Shown here piece after piece: positions 47,080 through 56,482 of a stretch of 64,000 bases of DNA; the stretch's first letter is position 1; every line of letters starts with the position of its first letter. The notes under the pieces are model-generated. The model saw only the letters and a list, made by a program, of their open reading frames with translations. It was not told the DNA's origin and did no database searches. Source of the stretch: a virus (lineage: Duplodnaviria > Caudoviricetes); the IMG/VR virus record IMGVR_UViG_2773858002_000001, positions 1-64,000 of that record; one strand, 5' to 3'. The position numbers and the translations under genes are program-made.

Positions 47080-49583
47080 TACGGGGTGGCCTCCAGGTCT
47101 CCGATCAAGTCCCACTCATCGGCAGCCACTTTCACGAGCGATGCCGAGCTATGCTGCTTTCTCAATCGGTTGGTCTCGGGCGTATTGAGGACAACCGCCC
47201 CTTCAGGCAGAACCGTGACCTGGCCGCTGCCGGATTGCCTGATCTGAATGACGCTACCCACAGGTATCGCAGCAGACGCATCCAGGGGCACCGTGACGTT
47301 CACGGGATCGCTGGACGAAATACGAACGTAAGTCCGCTCTGCATCTGCGAGGGTCAACGTGTAGTCACTCGCCTGCCCGTTTAGGCGCAGCGTCCCCTCC
47401 CCTGCTAAGTCTCCAGGCACCCAGCTTTGCTCCTGCGCGTCCCAAACCAAAGCTTGCCCATCGCTCGGCGGTGTCGTTGTCAGATCAACGTCGGTCAGGC
47501 CGTCCAAACCCATTGCCACCACGCCCTGCTGGGTTCGAGGCCCTGCTGGAAAGTCAGGGTCTTCCCAGAACGTCACCAGAGTGCCGGCTGTGCCGTCATG
47601 CGTGGCGTTCGACCTGTTGGTGATGCCCACCCGATCAGGTACGCCCTGGAGTGTGGCTGCGGGATCAATCGGGTCACCAAAATTCTGCCAAAGCAATCCA
47701 TCAGACGACACCCAGGCGCGGATGACATTGCCGTCGAAGCCAAGCCTGAGCCAATTGTAGAGGTTCGGTTCGTTCTTGAGGATCGTCTCCGTCCCGGAGG
47801 GGCTTACCCAGCCGAGGCGGAGTTGCGCCTGCGTATCCGAGTTCGAATTTCCGAGTGCAAGGAACACGAAGGCATTATTGAACGCGCGCTGGACGACCAC
47901 GCCGCCCATGTGCCCGGAGACCTCGAAAGAAGACGGAACCAGGCGCGTCGTAACGATCCACGGCTCGACCCGGTTGGTCAGATCACGGTAGACGACGGCA
48001 TGCTTCACACCACTCGACTGTGGTCCGCCCTGAACGATCAGACCCCGAGCTTCCATCTCCACAAAGTCAGCCGATGGCGCGTTATGTCGTCCTGGGAACA
48101 TGTTCGCTTTCGGCGGAGCAAATGGACCGAACTCGTATGTCGCCGGCACGTATTCGCTTTCACCTATGGGTGATCCACCTCCACCGCCTTCGCCGGGCAC
48201 CCATATTTGGTTGGCGGCATCATAGGTCAGAACGTTGCCATCGACCGGGGCATTCGTCTCCAGATCGACATCCTCCAACTCCCCTAACGCGGCGATGAGC
48301 TCCTGGTCTCCGATGTCCAAAGTCAACGTACCGCTGATGTTCGTTACGTTGACACCCGATCCAGTGAAATTAATTGCACTTATCGGGTCGCCTTCGACGG
48401 GCGTCCCGTCGCCAAGAAATTCCAGGGCGTTCTGCGCAGTCAAAATGAGATGCCCGTTCTCAGGCATCTGCACATCGAACCCGTTGAATGACATGCTGAC
48501 GATCTGGTCTGTCAGCGGAGTAGAACCGTCGGTCGCCGCAATCGAATAATCCGATTGAGGTGCGTACTCGTAGCTGTAATCAGCGCCGGTCTTCTTGAGG
48601 CGCAGGAACATGCCCACGCTTGGATCATTCGGCGTGGCCACGTCAGTCAGGTCTTGCAGCCGGAAATCTTCGAGATCGGCTATGAGGTCTTGAAGCGAGC
48701 GGAACACGAGCTCGCTTTCTGTGGGATCAACCACGAGGAAATGGTTGCCGAACCCTTCCATCGTCTGCGGGCCATCAACCATCCCCAGAAACGAATAGGT
48801 GATTACAGCAGGGCTCGGCCCCCAAGCGGCACCGTTCCACGCCAGAACGTCGTTCGGTTCCGCACCGTCCGTAACAACATCGGTAAGGTGCCCAAGCTCG
48901 GCGGCCGGAAACGCATAGGCCGTGAAGGTTGCCTTTCCATTTTGCCACGTCATGAGCTGGCCGTCCTGTGGCGACCCGAGCTCCACGTCAGTCAGTTCGT
49001 CCAGACTTGTCGCCCCTCCCCCACTCGGGGGTTCAACGTTCACCCATTGATTGCCGCTCTCGCTCCATGCAAGCATCTGACCGTCGGCCACGGTCGTGAG
49101 AGTGACATTGGCCAAGTCTCCCAAGTTGGGGATGCCTAAAGGAGCTTTTGCTTCCCAGCGGTTTTCTGCCTCGTCAAACGTCAGAACGTCACCGTCATTC
49201 GGGCTCACTATGCCGACGTTCGTGAGGTCGTCGAGCGTCGAAGGCGTCCCGGCTGGGTCTTCAGTCCACCCAGAACCCGAATAAGTCCAGAACGATGCGC
49301 TGGCCTCGTTGAAGAACTTCATCTTCTGCAGGGGAGCGTAGAACCGCCAGCCGTTGAAGTAGAGTGCGACCCGGTTCTCAAAGCCGCTCCACGCACCCGT
49401 AGGTGTCACACCCACAATGTAGGTGTCTCCCTGGGCCGGGGAGCTCGGTGGGTTGTTCTGAATGCCCTTGGCAGAGCGCGCCACCATGGCATCGAAAACC
49501 ACGGCAGCCTCGTTGAAGACGACTTCTTTCTGGACATCGTTCGATGCCATCAAGCGCACGCCGAGCTTTGGGGTCTGTGCCAT
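47079..49583 (-). CDS. DUF2793-domain tail fibre with L.DL.DV repeats
   Basis: QKEV..NEA...PP.SP..GD.YIV...TGAW.G; about 7 LxDLxDV...DG..L.W repeats. Confidence 0.8.
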   Translation of the reverse strand: MAQTPKLGVRLMASNDVQKEVVFNEAAVVFDAMVARSAKGIQNNPPSSPAQGDTYIVGVTPTGAWSGFENRVALYFNGWRFYAPLQKMKFFNEASASFWTYSGSGWTEDPAGTPSTLDDLTNVGIVSPNDGDVLTFDEAENRWEAKAPLGIPNLGDLANVTLTTVADGQMLAWSESGNQWVNVEPPSGGGATSLDELTDVELGSPQDGQLMTWQNGKATFTAYAFPAAELGHLTDVVTDGAEPNDVLAWNGAAWGPSPAVITYSFLGMVDGPQTMEGFGNHFLVVDPTESELVFRSLQDLIADLEDFRLQDLTDVATPNDPSVGMFLRLKKTGADYSYEYAPQSDYSIAATDGSTPLTDQIVSMSFNGFDVQMPENGHLILTAQNALEFLGDGTPVEGDPISAINFTGSGVNVTNISGTLTLDIGDQELIAALGELEDVDLETNAPVDGNVLTYDAANQIWVPGEGGGGGSPIGESEYVPATYEFGPFAPPKANMFPGRHNAPSADFVEMEARGLIVQGGPQSSGVKHAVVYRDLTNRVEPWIVTTRLVPSSFEVSGHMGGVVVQRAFNNAFVFLALGNSNSDTQAQLRLGWVSPSGTETILKNEPNLYNWLRLGFDGNVIRAWVSSDGLLWQNFGDPIDPAATLQGVPDRVGITNRSNATHDGTAGTLVTFWEDPDFPAGPRTQQGVVAMGLDGLTDVDLTTTPPSDGQALVWDAQEQSWVPGDLAGEGTLRLNGQASDYTLTLADAERTYVRISSSDPVNVTVPLDASAAIPVGSVIQIRQSGSGQVTVLPEGAVVLNTPETNRLRKQHSSASLVKVAADEWDLIGDLEATP

Positions 49584-49586
49584 GAC

Positions 49587-52199
49587 CTACGCCTCCAGTT
49601 CCTGAGCGAAGCCCCGCCCAATTGTCTGACCAATCTGATACAGCCTAAGCTCCACGTTGTCCCTGATCTCACCGAAGTCAGCAGCCTGCATGGTCGCACT
49701 GTAGGTCCACTCGCGTTCTGTGACCTCTACGGTACGAAGCACGTCCTCGCCGTCCATCACATCGATCTCATAGCGTTCAAACGGCTGATCTATGTCGAGG
49801 GTTTGGCCGTTTATTAAGCCCCCGTTCTGTCGTCTACGCGGGCTCCATCGGATGTAGATGTCATCGTTCGAGCGGCGCACCAATTCATGGATGGCCGGTG
49901 TGAAGGGTCGAAGGCTGTTTCCCGTATTGATGAATTGGAAACTCGCGGCGCTGTCGGGATCGTCCCCAAAGGTCACCGCACGGTAGATCGCCGGCTTCTC
50001 AATACCGCTGACATCGTGGGTGATCCTGCTGATCGCGGACTGCTTGAGGCGGACAAACCGCTCCCCAGAGGTGTGTCGCCCAATCTCGTGTTCGGTGCCC
50101 CGCAAACCCCGGAGGAACTTCGACAACTCCCATATGCCGTTGCCAAGGTCTCGAACATGGCAGAACTGAACAATCTCATTGCCGATCACAGCCATATTCA
50201 AAGGCTGGGACAGAACATCGTTGGGGTCGGCAGACGCCAGATCGATGTCCTTGTTCATCATGTAAACCCTGATCGCTGTCGTCTCGTCCCACAGCCCCGG
50301 AACAGCATCGGGCAGCGTCGTGAGCACGTATCCGTGAGCTACAGTGACCATGCTTTGTGCCACGGCGTACCATTTTGATCCGGCAGCCTCGTTCGGTTCC
50401 TCGACGCCAAACACTTCCGTCACACCACCGGACGAAATATCCAAGAGCAACGCGCCTCCCGACCACGTGTTCCTATTGCCAGCAAGCACCGAGTAGAAGC
50501 CGATGTTGTCCGTCTCTGCGTCCGACAGAAGTGGGGTGTCCAGCATATACGGGATTGTCGGTGAACCGCGAGGCATGGTCTCTGGCTCATTGTCGTCAAT
50601 GTCGAGATCGTCCTCGGTAATAGCCGTGGAATGGCCGTATTGATTGTGATCCACGAACATGTGTTCGAGCACGCCGTTTGCGCCAATGTCCACACCTACA
50701 CATCTCCACGACACGTACCGATTGCCCGAAGGGTCGGTCGGGTCGGACACAAGAACAGGGTCTCCCGGCTCGATTACCACGTATTTCCGGGGCAGCATGA
50801 CCTTGTGGCTCTTCCGAGCAGTGAACTTCAGGGCAAGCATTTCCTCGACCTGGGTCTTAGCCATGGACCGGGTGAGAGCAATCGTGGCGTCTATCTCATC
50901 AACGCTGTCACTCTCGGTCACGCTCCGCGTGGCGTAGACCATATTCGGTGAATAGGCGCGTGCCGGCTCCTGGAACTTCAGCTGGACACGCCGAGGCAAA
51001 TCAGCGTCTTGCGCACGTGTAGTCTCGATGCTCGGCGGAGGGTCGCTGCCGTCAGTGTATGCCCCGAAATCCTCGCGTCGGATGATCGCCACCGGTCTTT
51101 GGTTGATCCAACTGAACACGATCTTGTAGGAGCTCTCGGCTGCATCAAACGGGTATACCGACTGCAGCATGTTGAGGACGCCGCGCCCGGACATCGACTG
51201 CGTAACCGCAAAGCCGGGAATTTTCCTGTCCGTCGGCAGGTAGCCGATGCCATCGAACTCACTGTCCTCAAGACCGCTCTCCCGGCATACGTCAGTGACA
51301 ATCTCGTGGAGATAGACCTCACCGTCATCACGCTGCACCTCGACAGTGAACTGTGGAACGCCGTTGCCGAAATCCTCAAGCTGCAAATTGTGCAGAACAA
51401 AGTATGCGAGCCCCCGGTAGGCGGGTACGTTTCCGACCCCAAGATACTCTTCCATCTTGGCGTTTGGGATTTGCGTCTCACTGCCCAAATAGATGTTCAT
51501 CGCGTCGAACCTGATCTTGTTCTTCGCGTAGACCTGATCTTTGCCGAGACCATCGAGCATGCGGCTCATGAGGTCATCAACTTCGGAGCGAGAAGGTGCC
51601 GGGATCGGCGGTGTCAAAGTCGTGCCTGGATGCGACATGATGTAATCCACGGCCTCTCCTTGCGTGCCGTAGGTGTACTCGTCCGGACGGTAATTGTTGA
51701 AAGCGAAGATGAAGGCTCCGCAGTATGCCTCAGCGAGCCTCGTCACGCCCTCCTGGTTCACCAGGCGGTCGAGTTCCGCATAGTAGGCGGCATCGAAGTC
51801 CTCGCTGGCCTGCTTCTGGATTTCAGAATGCATCCACAACAGCTTCTGGTTCGCCCAAATCCGGTTGATGCGGTGTATCGGACCCTGACAGGCGGCAATC
51901 GCGCAGTCCACGGAGTATGAGTAGGTGTAGACCTTCTGACTGTGTTTGCCACCGCCACCCTTCTTGCCGCCTCCGACCTCTTCGACGTGCTCAGTCTCTA
52001 TCAGCTTGGAAGTCCAGATGATCTGACCGGGAACCTTCATGGTTCCCCAATGTCTGATAATCGGATTTCCTGGGCTAACCGATGCGACATTGATGTCCGA
52101 CAACCGGGGTCCGTACTGGTCCTTCGGTTTGGGTGCCAAAGCCGCCGACAAGAGTGCACCGCCGACGCCAATCGCGAGAGATAATGCGATCTTACCCAT
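49587..52199 (-). CDS. Baseplate/central tail protein (GTA megatron-like)
   Basis: GPRLSD, PAYRGLAY, LEDFGN.VP, LRG.RGTE. Confidence 0.85.
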   Translation of the reverse strand: MGKIALSLAIGVGGALLSAALAPKPKDQYGPRLSDINVASVSPGNPIIRHWGTMKVPGQIIWTSKLIETEHVEEVGGGKKGGGGKHSQKVYTYSYSVDCAIAACQGPIHRINRIWANQKLLWMHSEIQKQASEDFDAAYYAELDRLVNQEGVTRLAEAYCGAFIFAFNNYRPDEYTYGTQGEAVDYIMSHPGTTLTPPIPAPSRSEVDDLMSRMLDGLGKDQVYAKNKIRFDAMNIYLGSETQIPNAKMEEYLGVGNVPAYRGLAYFVLHNLQLEDFGNGVPQFTVEVQRDDGEVYLHEIVTDVCRESGLEDSEFDGIGYLPTDRKIPGFAVTQSMSGRGVLNMLQSVYPFDAAESSYKIVFSWINQRPVAIIRREDFGAYTDGSDPPPSIETTRAQDADLPRRVQLKFQEPARAYSPNMVYATRSVTESDSVDEIDATIALTRSMAKTQVEEMLALKFTARKSHKVMLPRKYVVIEPGDPVLVSDPTDPSGNRYVSWRCVGVDIGANGVLEHMFVDHNQYGHSTAITEDDLDIDDNEPETMPRGSPTIPYMLDTPLLSDAETDNIGFYSVLAGNRNTWSGGALLLDISSGGVTEVFGVEEPNEAAGSKWYAVAQSMVTVAHGYVLTTLPDAVPGLWDETTAIRVYMMNKDIDLASADPNDVLSQPLNMAVIGNEIVQFCHVRDLGNGIWELSKFLRGLRGTEHEIGRHTSGERFVRLKQSAISRITHDVSGIEKPAIYRAVTFGDDPDSAASFQFINTGNSLRPFTPAIHELVRRSNDDIYIRWSPRRRQNGGLINGQTLDIDQPFERYEIDVMDGEDVLRTVEVTEREWTYSATMQAADFGEIRDNVELRLYQIGQTIGRGFAQELEA

Positions 52200-52644
52200 G
52201 GCGCGCGACCTCCAGGGGTTCCGTGCCGGGGAACTCGTAAACCCGAACCAGGCGCTTCATCCAGAAGCTGTCCCAGCTGTGCTCAAGAACCCTCCCCGCC
52301 TTGCTGAAAGAATGGATCATGGTCTTCCGGCCAGCGTGCTCACCAACGATTGCCAAGTGTTGCGCCTCATTGCGGTCGAAACCCCACAGGATCGCCACGC
52401 GCCCAAGCGCCAACTCCTTGTTCTCAATACGAACGAGCTGCTGGTCGGCATACCGGAGAACAAGGTTCGAGCTCGGGCTTTCCGCATAGTATTTCGGTGC
52501 AATTAATTGCAAATCGAGCTCAGCACCGACCCCAAGGATGAGCCCAACACAATCTACGCCCTTCTCTTTGGATCGGCCCTGGTGTCGGTAGCGCGTGCCG
52601 ACCCAGCTTCGTGCCTGCTCTACGATCTTGCTGCGACCAAGCAT
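52192..52644 (-). CDS. NlpC/P60 peptidase (GTA gp14-like)
   Basis: AR.WVGTRYRHQGR...GVDCVGL...HLAI...IHS. Confidence 0.9.
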   Translation of the reverse strand: MLGRSKIVEQARSWVGTRYRHQGRSKEKGVDCVGLILGVGAELDLQLIAPKYYAESPSSNLVLRYADQQLVRIENKELALGRVAILWGFDRNEAQHLAIVGEHAGRKTMIHSFSKAGRVLEHSWDSFWMKRLVRVYEFPGTEPLEVARHG

Positions 52645-54143
52645 CAGCTGCCTCCGCTGTCCTGTTTCTTCTGACCACCCTTCGACGTGATGTTCGCCGT
52701 CGCAAGTGCCTTCTCTTCGGTAGGCATATCGGGGAACCCACGGTAGTTGTGGATGTTGTCGAACTGCTTGCAAGCAGTCCGTGTCTTTGCGCAGCCGGCA
52801 ACGACTTCGTATTCATCGCCAGGCTTAATCTCCCCCGGCATCTGCTCCAGAAGTGCGAAGGCTCCGCCGTTGGTCTGGCCAAAGTCCCGGACCTCGACCT
52901 TGATGCCCTTATTGGCCCCCGACAACCATTCAACGGTGCCGTACCGCCAGTAATCCATCGGCTCGATACGATCCCGGTCGGTGAAGTGTGCTCGGCTGAA
53001 GACTGCGGACACCACACCGCGAAGCCTACGGGCGCGTATACAGCGCCACACAAGCTGGTTGTCTGTGATCTCCGCGCCCAATTGCTGGGGCCAGTTGGGC
53101 TCCGTCGTCCCGGACCATCCTATGGCATACCTGATGGCAGTCGATCCGTTCGTAACGGTCAGGGGCTGCACTCCCGGTGGTGCGGAGAGTGGAACCTTGC
53201 CCTCCTTCGTCGGCGTCAGGAACGCCTTCGAATTGACCAACTGCCCCTGCTGTGTGACGTCTTCCTGGTAGAAGCTCTCGCCGAATGGTCGGATGCCTTC
53301 CGTTGTGACCGCACCACCGTGTGTCATCGCAGTCGCCATTGCTTTCAGGGCTGGATCACTACCCTCATCAACCACGGTCTCGCCGTTCTTGATCTTGAAC
53401 ATCTCGATCAGCATCTTGAACATGCCAGCAGGACCGCTGGCGTTGAGGAACGATTGGATCACGTCTGATTTAGCGAGCTCGCTTGTGGCAATGGCCGCCT
53501 CGGGGATCGAGTTTACTGCAGCCTGCTCCCCCTGTGCGGCCACGCACTGATACCAATAACCCGTCTGCGTCGTCGGCTTGACGTACGATCCGATGCCCGC
53601 GTCGGCCCCGGCCTTCGAGATGTATCGTTCCTCTGGACGCCATTCCTCAGCATCCAACCAGACCAGGCAACGATGATCCCCGAGTGTGGCAGAGCATTCG
53701 AGCGTGAAAAACTGCCCGAAAGGTTGCTGAAGCTTCTGAAATGGGGACCGGAGCTCGCATTCGAACTCACCATTCCTGATTTTCACCTCGCCCAGGCGGC
53801 CACCGCGGATCGGCACGACACCCTGCGGATCGAGCGGATTGATCCAAAACATGCGCACAAAAGCATTGTCCCACAGGCCGGCCTGCAAATCCCAATCCGT
53901 GATCTTGTCAGAGATCAACGCGGTGGCGCTCGTATTATCTACAGACAGGTTCGTTTTGGACGACACCGCCATACCGCTGAATGCGTTGGAGGGCTCGTAC
54001 CGGAGGCCGTCTATCTCGAACGGAACATCGCCGGAGGTGAACCCCAGCTTCAATCCGTCCGTACGCTCCAGATACCACCCCAACACCATGTGGGTAGACC
54101 GCTCTTTGAGCTGGTTGAATAGCTTTGAGTTGATCCGTTTCAT
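52644..54143 (-). CDS. Baseplate hub protein DUF2163 (GTA gp13-like) with large insertion
   Basis: RTDG..LGFT, C.A.LGD.RC, GC.K....C..F.N..NYRGFP. Confidence 0.88.
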   Translation of the reverse strand: MKRINSKLFNQLKERSTHMVLGWYLERTDGLKLGFTSGDVPFEIDGLRYEPSNAFSGMAVSSKTNLSVDNTSATALISDKITDWDLQAGLWDNAFVRMFWINPLDPQGVVPIRGGRLGEVKIRNGEFECELRSPFQKLQQPFGQFFTLECSATLGDHRCLVWLDAEEWRPEERYISKAGADAGIGSYVKPTTQTGYWYQCVAAQGEQAAVNSIPEAAIATSELAKSDVIQSFLNASGPAGMFKMLIEMFKIKNGETVVDEGSDPALKAMATAMTHGGAVTTEGIRPFGESFYQEDVTQQGQLVNSKAFLTPTKEGKVPLSAPPGVQPLTVTNGSTAIRYAIGWSGTTEPNWPQQLGAEITDNQLVWRCIRARRLRGVVSAVFSRAHFTDRDRIEPMDYWRYGTVEWLSGANKGIKVEVRDFGQTNGGAFALLEQMPGEIKPGDEYEVVAGCAKTRTACKQFDNIHNYRGFPDMPTEEKALATANITSKGGQKKQDSGGS

Positions 54144-55354
54144 GCGTCGAACATCTCCGCTGGCCGCACCTCTATCAGCTTGACGTCAGCCGCGCCGCCA
54201 ACCCCATACTCTTCGAGGGAAACGGGAAGACGATCTGTGTCAAAGCGAACAGGGACGAAGAACTCATAGCCTGCGGTCAGGAGCATGTTGGCCTCTGGCG
54301 CAGGATGACGGACCACGCTCACCCCGTCACGGTTGGTTTCGAGCTCGCCGTAATTGTCCGGTGCCGTGAAAGTGACGCTTTTGCCATCTCCCGACACGTT
54401 CGTCAGAATGAGAGACATCGCTTCGTTGCTGTTGTTGTCGGGGTTCAACCATCCACGAGTGATGATCTTGTCGCCCGTAGCTAGGCCAACAAAAGTTCCC
54501 GCCTCCCCGATGATTGTCCACCGTCCCGTCGGCTGATCATTGCTGTCCAACTGAGGCTCGATGCGCATGGCAGTGAGGTCGTATTTCGACCAGTTCGGAA
54601 CGAACGTGATTACCCCACGCTCATAATCGATCTCAAAATTGTCCACCTCCAGGCCGCCGACCCCTACCCGAACGGTGCCTGGTTTTGGGCGGTAGATCGG
54701 CCTGGTCTGTATCGTCCTGCCACTCGGTGTCGGATAATGCTTCACAAGCTGGAACTTGAAGCGGATGTGATCGCCAACCCCGAACTCCTGGTCGAGGTAT
54801 GAGATGTCAGGTGCCCGCCGTGCCTCTTCTTCCGTCGCCAGTGTCGAGGTGTAGTCCACGTGGTCGTGGTAAAGGAACGCGTTCTTGCGCCCGCCCATTG
54901 CACGGAAGAATGAGATCAGGCCCTGCAGATGCTCCATCGTCCGCACTCCGTACGCGATGTCGTACTCCATCAGGGGCTGCGTCCACCGGCTACTACGCTG
55001 GTCATGGCCGCTATCGACCCGCACCACGTCCGTTTGGAAGCGGGTGGCTCCAATGCTGTTGTAGCTGATGTCAAACGGGAAGATTTCATCGATAACCATG
55101 TCGATCCACTCGAAATTCGGTGTGAACGGGATCATCACGTTGGCGTAAACCTGGGTGAACCGGTTTGCGCCGGCTGCTTCGGGTTCGCCCGTGTTGAGGG
55201 GATACTCACCCATCACGTTGGCATAGACCTGCGTCACCCTGCGCCTGTGGTCATTCGAGACCCCGAGGTTCTGGGCGTAAACGCTTGTGATGATGCGTTC
55301 GCTCTCACCGCTGCACAGCGATGCGGTCCACACCTGGGTGAGCCGTCCAGACAT
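54140..55354 (-). CDS. Distal tail protein DUF2460 (GTA gp12-like) with N-terminal extension
   Basis: FP.DISY..G...F.T.V...SG...R..W, FF....G....F, AGYEF.VPVRFDTD. Confidence 0.88.
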   Translation of the reverse strand: MSGRLTQVWTASLCSGESERIITSVYAQNLGVSNDHRRRVTQVYANVMGEYPLNTGEPEAAGANRFTQVYANVMIPFTPNFEWIDMVIDEIFPFDISYNSIGATRFQTDVVRVDSGHDQRSSRWTQPLMEYDIAYGVRTMEHLQGLISFFRAMGGRKNAFLYHDHVDYTSTLATEEEARRAPDISYLDQEFGVGDHIRFKFQLVKHYPTPSGRTIQTRPIYRPKPGTVRVGVGGLEVDNFEIDYERGVITFVPNWSKYDLTAMRIEPQLDSNDQPTGRWTIIGEAGTFVGLATGDKIITRGWLNPDNNSNEAMSLILTNVSGDGKSVTFTAPDNYGELETNRDGVSVVRHPAPEANMLLTAGYEFFVPVRFDTDRLPVSLEEYGVGGAADVKLIEVRPAEMFDA

Positions 55355-56457
55355 CAGGCGATCTCCACACCGATGTGCATGGCGTTCGCCTTGATCTTGT
55401 TCCAGCCCCCACCATCAGGTGCAGTCTGAAAGATGTGATGCTTGGCTGTGAAACGCGTTGTAAGTGTCATTGGATCACTATCGGCGGTTTGGCCGTCGTA
55501 CCGACACTTCACCTTGATGTTCGAAGTCCCTGCGGCATCCTTACGGGTTCTGGCGTGTACGCTGACCGCCAACACGTCGATAATGTTCGCAGGAAGCTCA
55601 TCAAGATCGAACATGTCCACATGGCCGAGGGTGTTCGAGTACAGGTATGACAGATCGTCGTCGGGCGGTACGTCGTCCACTGCGGTGTAATTCGATAGGC
55701 CGGCACCGTAGGCGGCCATGTCATTCGGGCCTGCGTCCTGAAGCGGCATCAACGCATGAACAACGACGTCACCGCAGAAATCGTTGAACTGCGTTCCACT
55801 GCTGTCGCAGATGTACACGTCATCGAAATAGGAGAAAGCATTACCGTACCCGGTATTCCAATCTGCACTCGAACAGAACAGCTGGCAAAGGTTCACCGAT
55901 TTCGGATTTGCGGGGTTTGTCCATCCTTCTGTCGTCAGGACAACCGCTCCATCAAGGCGCACTATGCAGTGTGAGCCTGGCTTATATTTCACCTCAACAT
56001 ACTGCCAGACGTCGGCAAACATGATGTTCGGTGCAGAGGCGGCCACAAGGTGGGTCGATACCTGACCGAGTTCGTTTGTCGTGTAGCCAATGACCGAAAT
56101 GCCACTTTGCGCGTTTCTGCAAATAGAAACCTGAGAATTTACGGTCCCCAGGCGGTTATCGTAGAGAAGCGAGAAGAACCGGTCGAAGTCCGAAGCGCTC
56201 AACCGAACCGCTGCGCCCATGATCACTTCATCGACAGTCTCTATTGCTCGACGGACCTGCCCAAACTGGCTGCCAGCCGCGCCCCGGTTCAACCTGATGC
56301 AATAACCCCTACCAGTCCGCGTATCGTGGTTCATCGCCACATTGCGAACGCTTGAATATCCCGACGAAGCTACGACGTCCGCATCTTGCTGGACGCCGCC
56401 AAGTTCCGTCCTGTGCGGTCCGTAGGTGTCGAACCCATCCATCCAAATCAGGCTCAT
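55354..56457 (-). CDS. Minor tail protein (LamG-like)
   Basis: WMDGFD.Y, WQYVEVK, DDVYICD; AGGAG RBS after palindrome 56470. Confidence 0.75.
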   Translation of the reverse strand: MSLIWMDGFDTYGPHRTELGGVQQDADVVASSGYSSVRNVAMNHDTRTGRGYCIRLNRGAAGSQFGQVRRAIETVDEVIMGAAVRLSASDFDRFFSLLYDNRLGTVNSQVSICRNAQSGISVIGYTTNELGQVSTHLVAASAPNIMFADVWQYVEVKYKPGSHCIVRLDGAVVLTTEGWTNPANPKSVNLCQLFCSSADWNTGYGNAFSYFDDVYICDSSGTQFNDFCGDVVVHALMPLQDAGPNDMAAYGAGLSNYTAVDDVPPDDDLSYLYSNTLGHVDMFDLDELPANIIDVLAVSVHARTRKDAAGTSNIKVKCRYDGQTADSDPMTLTTRFTAKHHIFQTAPDGGGWNKIKANAMHIGVEIA

Positions 56458-56482
56458 TCTTGGCTCCTGTGCAATTAATTGC

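Noticed and set aside
44550-49583. Diversity-generating retroelement or invertible tail-fibre switch
   Set aside because: No reverse transcriptase, TR/VR pair or invertase; the repeats are protein-level fibre repeats.
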